64,000 nucleotides of DNA, from positions 128,739-192,738 of the forward strand of contig PNNB01000001.1 in assembly GCA_013823985.1 (NCBI GenBank), in the 5' to 3' direction. Source of the DNA: Sphingopyxis sp. Its GTDB lineage: Bacteria > Pseudomonadota > Alphaproteobacteria > Sphingomonadales > Sphingomonadaceae. Both the position numbers and the translations under genes were made by a program. Below are positions 18,287 to 27,230 of this stretch, in pieces (positions within the stretch are counted from its first letter, which is position 1; each line of letters opens with the position of its first letter). The notes under the pieces are model-generated. The model was not told the DNA's origin and did not search any database. It worked only from the letters and a program-made list of their open reading frames with translations.

Positions 18287-19767
18287 TACTTCAATTCCTC
18301 CAGCATGAGTTCAGCCGTCGCCTTCGCGCTGCCCACGACACCGGGAACCCCGGCGCCTGGATGCGTGCCTGCGCCTACAAAATACAGGTTCGAAATCGCA
18401 TCGTCGCGGTTATGCGCGCGCATATAGGCAGATTGCCACAGCACAGGCTCCAGACTGAATGCGCTCCCCAGATGCGCGGACAGGTCACGCCCGAAATCGG
18501 CGGGGGTGTAATGGAACTGCGTCATAATCCGCGACCGGATGTCGGGGATCAAGCGGCGCTCCAGCTCATCCAAAATCCGTTCCGTCATGGCTTCGCCAAC
18601 GTCGCCGTCCCAATCGAGCGGCGCTTTGCCCATATGGGCAACGGGGGCCAGAACATAGAAGGTGGAACAACCTTCTGGCGCAAGGCTCGGGTCCGTTACC
18701 GTTGGATGGTGCAGATAGAGCGAGAAGTCCTTGGGCAAGACGCCGTTTTTATAAATGTCGTCCAGCAGCCCTTTGTAGCGCGGGCCGAACAGGATCATAT
18801 GGTGCGGGATACCCGGCCATGTCCCCTTGATGCCGAGATGGAGCACGAAGAGAGAAGGCGACCAGCTTTTGCGGTTCAACGATTTCGCCGCCCGCTCGCC
18901 GCGTTTGTTGCTTGTCAGCAGATCCTTGTAGGTGTGCATCAGGTCGCCATTGGATGCGAGCATGTCGCACTCCATGCGCCAGCCTGATTTGGTCCGCACG
19001 CCCGTTACCTTGTCGCCACGCGTTTCGATTTCTTCCACGGGATCGGCCAGACGCAAGGTTCCGCCCAAACGCTCAAAATGCGTGACCATCGCGGCGACCA
19101 GCCTGTTGGTTCCGCCTTTGGCGAACCAGACGCCACCTACTTTTTCAATAGTGTGGATCAGGGCGTAAATCGCGCTTGTCGACATGGGGTTGCCGCCGAC
19201 CAACAGGGTATGGAAGGACAGCGCCTCGCGCAGCTTTTCGTCCTTCACATAGGAAGACACGATGGAATAGACCGACCGCCACGCCTGATATTTCATCAGG
19301 GCAGGGGCCGCCTTGATCATCGATGCGAAATCAAGAAAGGCAACGGTGCCCAGCTTTTGATAGCCTTCCTTATACACGCCCTTCGAATATTCGAGGAACT
19401 TGCGATACCCCTCGACATCGTCCGGGTTCAATTTCTCGATTTCGGCCTTCAATCCCGGGGCGTCGTTGGAATAGTCAAAATTGGTGCCGTCGGACCAGTT
19501 CAGCCGGTAAAAAGGGAAGACCGGCATCAACTCGATATCGTCGGCCATTTTATGGCCGGACAATGCCCATAATTCTTCAAGGCAGGGCGGGTCGGTGATG
19601 ACTGTCGGACCACCGTCAAACGTGAATCCGTCTTTTTCCCAATAATAGCCGCGGCCGCCGGGTTTATCCCGGGCTTCAATGATGGTGGTGGCTATGCCTG
19701 CCGACTGCAACCGGATGGCGAGCGCAAGCCCACCAAATCCGGCACCTATGATTGCTGCGGTTTTCAT
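18286..19767 (-). CDS. crtI: Phytoene desaturase
   Basis: IIGAGFGGLA FAD motif, FTFDGGPTVIT, HTLLVGGNP and LYFVGAGTHPGAGVPGV. Confidence 0.97.
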   Translation of the reverse strand: MKTAAIIGAGFGGLALAIRLQSAGIATTIIEARDKPGGRGYYWEKDGFTFDGGPTVITDPPCLEELWALSGHKMADDIELMPVFPFYRLNWSDGTNFDYSNDAPGLKAEIEKLNPDDVEGYRKFLEYSKGVYKEGYQKLGTVAFLDFASMIKAAPALMKYQAWRSVYSIVSSYVKDEKLREALSFHTLLVGGNPMSTSAIYALIHTIEKVGGVWFAKGGTNRLVAAMVTHFERLGGTLRLADPVEEIETRGDKVTGVRTKSGWRMECDMLASNGDLMHTYKDLLTSNKRGERAAKSLNRKSWSPSLFVLHLGIKGTWPGIPHHMILFGPRYKGLLDDIYKNGVLPKDFSLYLHHPTVTDPSLAPEGCSTFYVLAPVAHMGKAPLDWDGDVGEAMTERILDELERRLIPDIRSRIMTQFHYTPADFGRDLSAHLGSAFSLEPVLWQSAYMRAHNRDDAISNLYFVGAGTHPGAGVPGVVGSAKATAELMLEELK

Positions 19768-20930
19768 TTCTTTTTGCTCCGGATCGCGGTGATGGCTTTC
19801 CCGATAGGAATGGGCGGCTTGCCAGACAATATGCGCGCCTTGTCACCGGGGCTCGTCTTTCCCGCATAGAAGCGTTCGATCAATCCGGGCTTTAACCTGT
19901 AGAAGCGCTCCAGAATTTTATAGCGATCGGTAACATCAGCGCCACGGAACAACATGCGGTTCAACATGCGGTAGAATTTGCCATTCTGCCAATGTTCCTG
20001 CGCGCGCTGGCGCATCACCATGTTCAGCTTGTCGCCATCAAGGTCGGGCTGCTCGGCGATAAAGATGGCATTGCGCACCGCGTCCGGCAAGGAATAGCTG
20101 GTAACGGCCTGGAAAAAGGCCCCGCGCGCACCGGCTTTTGCCGTCCGCCCGCTGCCGCTTGCCCAGTAATTTTCGAGGTCGCCGCCCATTACGACGGGCA
20201 AGACGCCATTTTCTTCGCGCAACACCCGCTCCACCTTCCAGCCCTTGGTATCGGCATATTCCGCAATGCGCTGCCGGTAGCGGCGGGGATCGTGGTTGGG
20301 CGTATCGCTATAATAGGTGTCCTCGACAAATATCTTGTCCATGCCAAAGGGCAGGACATAGACGAAGCGATAGCCGTCATATTGTTCGACCGTCGCGTCC
20401 ATGACGATTGGCTTGGTCAGATTATGGGGTTCGGACAATTGCATCAACTGTCCGGTAAATTTCTGCCATCCGCAATCCAGATGGTTAAGGTCGCCTGCGC
20501 CGCGCACGTCGATCACGCCCCCGGCATTGATCCGCTGCGCCCCGTCAAGCACGACCAAACGGGGCGATACGGCCTTCACCTCACGGCCAAGCATCAGGGC
20601 AGAGGCGGGAAGGCTGTTCCGCAAAACCCAGTCGAGCCGTTCCGACTCAATGGTGTAATAAATATTGTCTAGCGACCGGCTATGCGCGGGGAAACGCACC
20701 TCATATCCGGACCAGCCATAGGTGACGAGCGGCGCCGTCAGCCAGCGGTGCTCGGGCAAAATGTCGCTCGCGAAATAGCTCCAGATATGGTTGCCACCAA
20801 AGCTGTCGCCTTGCTCGATCAGTACGATTTTGAGCTCGGGCCGCATCTTGGCCAGCGCAAGCGCGATCAGCCCACCGGCAAGCCCGCCGCCGACTATCGC
20901 GAAATCACATTTAATATTTTCTCGGTTCAC
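19764..20930 (-). CDS. crtY: Lycopene beta-cyclase
   Basis: IVGGGLAG, GGNHIWS, WQKF.G, MDATVEQ.DGYRFVYVLP, EDTYYSD and ERFY. GTG start. Confidence 0.96.
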   Translation of the reverse strand: MNRENIKCDFAIVGGGLAGGLIALALAKMRPELKIVLIEQGDSFGGNHIWSYFASDILPEHRWLTAPLVTYGWSGYEVRFPAHSRSLDNIYYTIESERLDWVLRNSLPASALMLGREVKAVSPRLVVLDGAQRINAGGVIDVRGAGDLNHLDCGWQKFTGQLMQLSEPHNLTKPIVMDATVEQYDGYRFVYVLPFGMDKIFVEDTYYSDTPNHDPRRYRQRIAEYADTKGWKVERVLREENGVLPVVMGGDLENYWASGSGRTAKAGARGAFFQAVTSYSLPDAVRNAIFIAEQPDLDGDKLNMVMRQRAQEHWQNGKFYRMLNRMLFRGADVTDRYKILERFYRLKPGLIERFYAGKTSPGDKARILSGKPPIPIGKAITAIRSKKK

Positions 20931-21036
20931 CCCCCGGCCCTAGCGCAGGCATTTTACAAGGGGAAGGGTTGTCCCAAGGAAATACACAGCTTTCTGCGCT
21001 GTTGACATTGCGGGTGGGGGGAGAGAGCAAGGAAAT

Positions 21037-21786
21037 ATGACGCATAAGGCAAAAGTGATTGCGATTTACAGCCTGAAAGGCGGTGTGGGCAAAACCACGC
21101 TTGCGGTCAACCTTGCGGCCGAAGCGGCGTTGCGGCGTGGCCGCAAAACCCTGTTGTGGGATCTGGACCCACAATCTGCCGCCAGCTTTCTTCTGCGGCA
21201 TGAGCCTGACCGCAAGGCGAAGGCGCGCTCGGTGTTTGAACGCGATATCGCGCCGGGGGAACTGATTGTGCCAACGCAGATCAAGGGCCTCGACCTCTTG
21301 CCCGCCGATATCTCGTTGCGGGGTCTCGACGGCTTTTTCCATGCGCTGGGCAAGAAAAAGCGGCTGGCCAAGATCGTCGAGGATATCCGCGACAAATATG
21401 ACCGCATCTTCCTCGATTGCCCGCCGGGCCTGACCGAAACCAGCGAACAGATGATGCGCGCCGCCGATATCATTCTGGTGCCCGTCATCCCGTCACCTTT
21501 ATCGCGCCGGGCCTTGGACGAGGTCGTGGAGCATTTGCGCACACATCATAAGGGCCACGCCCCTCTACTGCCGGTTTTCTCGATGGTCGACCGTCGCCGT
21601 AATTTGCATGGTGTGGCCTTGTCCGCCGACCCCGATTGGCCCCGCGTTCCCATGGCAAGCGCCGTCGAGCAAATGGCCCTCCATCGCTCGCCGGTGGGTC
21701 TTTTCGCGCACCGCTCCCTAGCGGGAGAAGCTTTCCATATGCTTTCCGGCGCAATTGAGCGTAAGCTGTCCAAAATGAAGGATTGA
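21037..21786 (+). CDS. Orphan ParA/Soj-family ATPase
   Basis: Deviant Walker A KGGVGKTT, DLDPQ and FLDCPP. No parB nearby. Confidence 0.9.
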   Translation: MTHKAKVIAIYSLKGGVGKTTLAVNLAAEAALRRGRKTLLWDLDPQSAASFLLRHEPDRKAKARSVFERDIAPGELIVPTQIKGLDLLPADISLRGLDGFFHALGKKKRLAKIVEDIRDKYDRIFLDCPPGLTETSEQMMRAADIILVPVIPSPLSRRALDEVVEHLRTHHKGHAPLLPVFSMVDRRRNLHGVALSADPDWPRVPMASAVEQMALHRSPVGLFAHRSLAGEAFHMLSGAIERKLSKMKD

Positions 21787-21808
21787 AGACAGCTGTTTAG
21801 GGGGGAAT

Positions 21809-22870
21809 ATGCGGAAAAAATGGCTTTGGGCGGTGCTGGCCGTCGCTCTGGTGGCAGGTGCGGGTGCTTATGCAAAGCGGGACGCCATTGCCATGAACCT
21901 GCTGAAACGCGGTGCAGACGCGGCGATGGCGCGCAACACGCTGGCCAGCTTGCCCAAAGATCAACTGCATGTCGCCTTCTGCGGGACGGGATCACCTTTG
22001 CCCAGCCGCGACCGCGCGGCAGCGTGCACCGCGGTCATTGCAGATGGCCGGGTATTTGTGTTCGACATGGGCGAAGGGTCCGGGGAAACGCTCTCGCTCA
22101 TGGGCTTCCCGCTCGACAAGATTCAAGGTGTCTGGCTGACCCATCTGCACAGCGACCATTTTGAAGGACTTGGCCCGTTCACGCTGCAACGCTGGGCGGG
22201 TAGCAGCGCCGAAAAGCCGCTTGCCATCTTCGGTCCGGAAGGCGTTACCGAAATCACCGAGGGCTATAACGCGGTCTATCGCATCGATTCCACCTACCGC
22301 ATCGCCCATCATGGCGCTGATGTAGTGAAGCCTTCGGGCTTCGGCATGGCGGGCACGGCGATCACGCCGGGACCGGTTTATGACGCGGGCGGGGTGCGGA
22401 TCACCGCGTTCGCCGTGGATCATGACCCTATCAAGCCTGCCTTCGGCTACCGTGTCGACTGGAAAGGCCGCAGCGTCACGATCAGCGGGGATACCGCCTT
22501 CACACCCGCCCTTGCCCAGGCGGCCAAGGGCACAGACCTGTATGTCAGCGAACTCCTTTCGCCGCGCATGGTCAAGATATTGGAAGATAGCGCACGCAGC
22601 GCGGGCAACGCCAACCGGGCCAAAATCTTCAGTGATATCCAGAACTACCACATTAGCCCCGAACAAGCCGCCGACGTCGCAAAAAGCGCCGGCGTGGGCA
22701 TGCTCGCCTTCACGCATATTGTCCCGTCCGTTCCCAAACCGCTCGAATTTGCGCTGACCGGCCGCGCGGTCAGTCGTTTCTCAGGGCCGATCAAAGTCAT
22801 GCACGACGGCGATGTCATCAGCATTGCGGGCAAGGATAAATTTGAAACTCAGAATTTGCTAAGTCGCTAG
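21809..22870 (+). CDS. RNase Z/arylsulfatase-like MBL-fold hydrolase with N-terminal anchor
   Basis: GTGSP, VFDMGEG, THLHSDH, VDH, ISGDT and FTH motifs; hydrophobic N-terminus. Confidence 0.85.
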   Translation: MRKKWLWAVLAVALVAGAGAYAKRDAIAMNLLKRGADAAMARNTLASLPKDQLHVAFCGTGSPLPSRDRAAACTAVIADGRVFVFDMGEGSGETLSLMGFPLDKIQGVWLTHLHSDHFEGLGPFTLQRWAGSSAEKPLAIFGPEGVTEITEGYNAVYRIDSTYRIAHHGADVVKPSGFGMAGTAITPGPVYDAGGVRITAFAVDHDPIKPAFGYRVDWKGRSVTISGDTAFTPALAQAAKGTDLYVSELLSPRMVKILEDSARSAGNANRAKIFSDIQNYHISPEQAADVAKSAGVGMLAFTHIVPSVPKPLEFALTGRAVSRFSGPIKVMHDGDVISIAGKDKFETQNLLSR

Positions 22871-22890
22871 ATGCCGGAGTAAGGGGGGCT

Positions 22891-23637
22891 ATGGAATATG
22901 GCCTCCCCGTCCTGCTCTCTGCGTTGGCGATGACATTGATCGTCGGCGTCCGCTATCTGGTGGTCAGCGGCGCCTTTGCTTGGGCAACGCGGGTCAGATA
23001 TCCGAAGCTTTACGCAGGGCTGGAACCCCAGATGCGCCGCGAAATCGGCTGGAGCCTTGCGAGTGCTGCCATCTATGGCATCCCGGCCGGGATCGTCGCC
23101 TGGGGTTGGGACAGTCAGGGGTGGACACTCATCTACCGGAACTGGGCGGACTATCCACTCTGGTACGTGCCGCTATCGATATTCCTCTACCTGTTCGCGC
23201 ACGACACATGGTTTTATTGGACGCACCGGCTGATGCACCGGCCCTGGTGGTTCAAAAAAGCGCATGCCGTACATCACGAAAGCCGCCCGCCAACCGCATG
23301 GGCGGCCATGTCCTTCCACCCGTGGGAGGCTCTGACCGGCGCGCTTGTTATCCCTATTCTGGCGTTCATCATTCCCATTCATGTTGGCGCAATCGGCATT
23401 GTGCTGACTGTAATGACCGTTATGGGTGTAACCAACCATATGGGGTGGGAGCTATTCCCGAGATTCATGGTTAACGGCAAATTAGGGAATTGGCTGATAA
23501 CAGCAACGCATCACCAGAAACATCACGATGCGTATCGGGGGAATTATGGGCTTTATTTCAGGTTTTGGGACAAAATTTGCGGCACCGATCTCGGTCTTGG
23601 GGATTGGGGGCGCACTTCTCGCGGGGACAGCGCTTAG
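22891..23637 (+). CDS. crtG: Sterol-desaturase-family di-iron hydroxylase, probable carotenoid 2,2'-beta-hydroxylase CrtG
   Basis: His boxes HDTWFYWTHRLMH, HAVHH, NH and HHQKHH, plus GNYGLYFRFWD. Resembles Brevundimonas CrtG as recalled; sits in the crt neighbourhood. Confidence 0.75.
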   Translation: MEYGLPVLLSALAMTLIVGVRYLVVSGAFAWATRVRYPKLYAGLEPQMRREIGWSLASAAIYGIPAGIVAWGWDSQGWTLIYRNWADYPLWYVPLSIFLYLFAHDTWFYWTHRLMHRPWWFKKAHAVHHESRPPTAWAAMSFHPWEALTGALVIPILAFIIPIHVGAIGIVLTVMTVMGVTNHMGWELFPRFMVNGKLGNWLITATHHQKHHDAYRGNYGLYFRFWDKICGTDLGLGDWGRTSRGDSA

Positions 23638-24022
23638 CGCTTCGGCGACGACCTCCACACTGGATGTCAGCGTGCACGGCCTGCGCAGCATGAAAGGCAA
23701 TGTCCTTGTGTGCGTGACCGCCAACCCGAAATTTTTCCCCGATTGCAGCAAGGACCCCAAAAGCTACCGCGCCAAGGTTCCGGCCCGGGATGCCGAAAAT
23801 GTGAGTTTCCAAGGATTAGCCAAAGGCACCTATGCCGTGGCGCTGATCCATGATGAAAATGCCAACAGCAAAATGGACATGGCGATTTTCCTGCCCAAGG
23901 AAGGCTTTGGCTTTTCGCGCAATCCGGCTGTCGTTACCGGCCCGCCCAAGTTCAAAGCCGCCGCTTTTGCCGTGGATGCGGACGAAGTCAGCCAACGGGT
24001 GAAAATGAAATATATGCTCTGA
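23597..24022 (+). CDS. DUF2141 family exported protein
   Basis: G.YAVALIHDEN.NSKMD and PKEGFGFSRNP...GPPKF are DUF2141 motifs. Start uncertain (TTG 23597, or ATG 23528/23549); overlaps the crtG 3' end. Confidence 0.82.
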   Translation: MGIGGALLAGTALSASATTSTLDVSVHGLRSMKGNVLVCVTANPKFFPDCSKDPKSYRAKVPARDAENVSFQGLAKGTYAVALIHDENANSKMDMAIFLPKEGFGFSRNPAVVTGPPKFKAAAFAVDADEVSQRVKMKYML

Positions 24023-24100
24023 TGCTGGTCCCATGCGATAAGCATGGAACCAATTGAGGAGACCGGGGGTTTGTCGCCTTGATAACCGCGGGAGCATTTC

Positions 24101-24979
24101 ATGAACATTTCGAAGATTCTGGCCACGACCTGTGCACTATTGGCCTTTGGCGCGAGCCAACCGGCGTTTGCGCAGGCGCAGGAGGCTGACAGTTCGAAGG
24201 CTGAGGTGCCCGATCGTGGCGTTTTTGCTGGCGATTGGCTGACAATCGGCATCGGTGGTGGATATGGTCCCAGCTATGACGGTTCCGACGACTATATTCT
24301 TTTCCCGGCTCCTTTGGCGCAAGGCAGCGTAGCTGGATTTGATTTCGGCGCACGCGGCCCGGGACTTTATGTCGATCTGGTGCGCGACAGCAATGCCGAG
24401 GGCAATGTAAAATTTCTCGCAGGACCGCTCGTCCGCGTGCGCACCGACCGCAACAATAATATCAAGGACACGGTCGTCCGGGCGCTCGGCAAAGAGGATG
24501 TAGCCATCGAACTCGGGGCGACGGCGGGTGTCTCTTTCTCCAAAGTGCTCAATCCCTATGACAGCCTGACACTGTCCACCGATATCCAGTGGGACGTCGC
24601 CAAAGCGCATCGCGGACGCCTGATCAGCCCGAACATCAGCTATTCGACGCCGCTGTCGACCGCGATCTTCACCAACCTCAGCTTTTCGGCGACCCATGTC
24701 GACGGCAACTATGCCGATACCTATTTCAGCATTGATGCAGCGGGAAGCGCCGCAAGCGGGCTTCCGACCTTCGATGCCAAAGGTGGCTGGAAAAGCTACG
24801 GCGCATCCTTGCTCGGCGGCGTTGACCTGTCGGGTGATGCACGTGATGGCGGCTGGGGTGTGTTCGGCCTTGTCAGCTATTCAAAACTGACCGGTGACGC
24901 AAAACGGTCCCCTGTAACCTCCATCCGGGGCGATGCAGACCAGTGGTTTCTCGCCGGTGGAATCAGCTACACATTCTGA
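24101..24979 (+). CDS. MipA/OmpV family outer-membrane protein
   Basis: Signal peptide; PSYDGSDDY...P, Y.DTYFSI and SP motifs; C-terminal ISYTF. Confidence 0.85.
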   Translation: MNISKILATTCALLAFGASQPAFAQAQEADSSKAEVPDRGVFAGDWLTIGIGGGYGPSYDGSDDYILFPAPLAQGSVAGFDFGARGPGLYVDLVRDSNAEGNVKFLAGPLVRVRTDRNNNIKDTVVRALGKEDVAIELGATAGVSFSKVLNPYDSLTLSTDIQWDVAKAHRGRLISPNISYSTPLSTAIFTNLSFSATHVDGNYADTYFSIDAAGSAASGLPTFDAKGGWKSYGASLLGGVDLSGDARDGGWGVFGLVSYSKLTGDAKRSPVTSIRGDADQWFLAGGISYTF

Positions 24980-25045
24980 AACCGGCTTTAACCAGTTGGA
25001 AATGGTGATTGGGGCATGGTGCAGCCAAATAATAGGGGCTCGCAC

Positions 25046-25444
25046 ATGATCCACGAACGCCAAGAAAACCTGCGGAACGACGCCAAAAGCGTTGGCTACA
25101 GCCGCGAAAGCCGCGCCAGCTGGATTGGCTCCAAGCTCGCCCAGACCACGGGAATCGGTATCGACCAGCTCGATGCGGTCCACAATTATATGTGGCTGCG
25201 CATCCTGCAAAACAACGCTGCGACGCCCATTGCTACCAATGAGGCAGACCATCTGGCGATGCACATCGTCAAGCTGGCCCTCCTAGCCGAAACCGCAGCG
25301 GCCGATGGCGGTCCCAAGGCAGCCATGGCAGCGGTCATGGAAGCAAGCGGAACCGAGGTTGACCCCTTGCTGGCCCAGAATTTTCTGCGGCTGGCCAGTT
25401 CCTCTATATTCTGGATGGCACTGGATTCCGCAGGAAGTGCCTAA
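25046..25444 (+). CDS. Hypothetical protein resembling a degenerate, internally deleted HD-GYP domain
   Basis: By-eye alignment of both ends to the HD-GYP consensus ([16 protein letters not shown] vs AGTQFDPEVVEAFLEL). AGGGG SD before ATG 25046. Confidence 0.6.
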   Translation: [132 protein letters not shown]

Positions 25445-25460
25445 GCGGCCGAAAGCCGGC

Positions 25461-27224
25461 CTAGCCTAGATCTTCCAGATCTTCGTCTAGCTCGTCTGCC
25501 TCCACAACTTTTGGTTTAGCAGGCCGCCGGCCTTTCGCCTTCGGTGGTTCTGCTTCGTCTTCCATCGCAGCTTCATGCGCTGCACTTTGTGCCGCCTGAT
25601 AACCGGTTCCACCCGAAACAAGCTTATCGAGCGATGAGCCGTCAAGCCCAAGCTCCTTCATCAAGCCGTCGATAACAGGGGCCTGTGCCCGATAGGACAG
25701 GGCAGCAGCGACGGCATCGGTTGCGAGATTACCGCTGCTGCCATTTCCGGACGCGCCGGAGCGGCCACCGCCATTTTGCGTGATACCATCCACCTGCACG
25801 ATTTTGATCGAATCGATCGCTTCCAGCGGTTTGGCGGATTCGCGAACAACTTCGGGTAGAACCTTCAGAAGAGCCATTTTTGTTTGAAGCGAAATCTGGT
25901 TGGACGACAGGATATTTGCGGCCTCATTGATCGCGCGTTGACCTGCGGCTTCCACTTCAAAGCGGATCCGCGCAGCTTCAGCGCGCAACTTTTCAGCTTC
26001 AGCTTCGCCTTCGGCCGCCATCCGCACAGCTTCGGCGCGGTTCGCAGCGGCTTCTCTTTCTGCTTCTGCCTCGACCTTTACGCTGATTGCCTGACGTTCG
26101 GCCTCTTTTGATGCTTCAATCAGTTCGATCCGCTTACCGCGTTCGGCGATCTCCGTTTCACGGGCCGTAGTCACCTGTTCTTCAGCAGCCACAGCCTTCG
26201 CGCGGGCATCGTCGGCGTCCGCGCGGGCCTGACTTTCCTCACGTGACTTGTTCTGGACGGCAATTTGCTGCTCTTGACGGGCGATTTCCAAGGCCTGTTC
26301 CTGCGCAATCTGCGCCTCCTGCACGGCCCGGTCCGCCTCGATCTGGGCGGAATCAATCTGCTGTTTGGATTTGATTTGTGCGTCCTGCGCCTCTTGGTCG
26401 CGCAATGCTTTTTCACGGGCCACTTCGGATGCCTGCATGGCACGGCGGACTTCGACTTCGCGTTCCTGCTCCAACCGGGCAAATTCATTGTCGCGGCTGA
26501 TTTCAAAGGAGCGCTTATCGGCCTCCAGATTTTTGGTTTCGATCTGGACGCGGGTGTCTTGCTCAATGTCGTTGCGTGCCTTTTTACGCAACTCGATTTG
26601 CTCGGTCAGCTTGGTCAGACCTTCGGCGTCAAAGGCATTGTTGGCATTGAAATGTTCAATGCTCGTCTGGTCCAGGCCGGTCAGCGACACCGATTCAAGC
26701 TCAAGGCCGTTCATGGCCAGATCGCTGGATGAGGCCTGTTGCACCTTTTGTACGAAGTCCGCGCGTTGTTCATGCAATTCATTCATGGTCATGCCGGCCG
26801 CGACCGAGCGCAGCGCGTCGACAAATTTGCCTTCGACCAGATCCTTCAGCAATTCGGGTTGCATGGTGCGCAGGCCGAGCGTTTGTGCCGCCATCGCCAG
26901 CGACTGCGCATCGGGAGCGACACGCACATAGAACTCCGCTTTTACATCAATACGCAACCGGTCGAGTGTGATGAGCGCATCGACATTGTTGCGTTCGACA
27001 GCGAGCCGGACGGTGTTCATATTCACGGGCATGGTTTCATGGAGAACGGGAAGCACCAGAGCGCCGCCATTCATCACCACTTTCTCGCCACCCAACCCTG
27101 TCCGGATAAAGGCAATTTCCTTGGTCGCCCGCTTGTACAGGCGCGTAATGACCAGTCCGAAAACGATCAGCGTCACCAGAACCATGCCGGCATAAATCAG
27201 GGTCGAAATCAAACTCTCGGTCAT
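25461..27224 (-). CDS. Flotillin/SPFH family protein, YqiK-like
   Basis: N-terminal TM, GEKVV.NGGALVLP, LVEGKFVDALRSVAA and NNAFDAEG; long AEA-rich coiled coil. Confidence 0.92.
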   Translation of the reverse strand: MTESLISTLIYAGMVLVTLIVFGLVITRLYKRATKEIAFIRTGLGGEKVVMNGGALVLPVLHETMPVNMNTVRLAVERNNVDALITLDRLRIDVKAEFYVRVAPDAQSLAMAAQTLGLRTMQPELLKDLVEGKFVDALRSVAAGMTMNELHEQRADFVQKVQQASSSDLAMNGLELESVSLTGLDQTSIEHFNANNAFDAEGLTKLTEQIELRKKARNDIEQDTRVQIETKNLEADKRSFEISRDNEFARLEQEREVEVRRAMQASEVAREKALRDQEAQDAQIKSKQQIDSAQIEADRAVQEAQIAQEQALEIARQEQQIAVQNKSREESQARADADDARAKAVAAEEQVTTARETEIAERGKRIELIEASKEAERQAISVKVEAEAEREAAANRAEAVRMAAEGEAEAEKLRAEAARIRFEVEAAGQRAINEAANILSSNQISLQTKMALLKVLPEVVRESAKPLEAIDSIKIVQVDGITQNGGGRSGASGNGSSGNLATDAVAAALSYRAQAPVIDGLMKELGLDGSSLDKLVSGGTGYQAAQSAAHEAAMEDEAEPPKAKGRRPAKPKVVEADELDEDLEDLG

Positions 27225-27230
27225 TATCTT

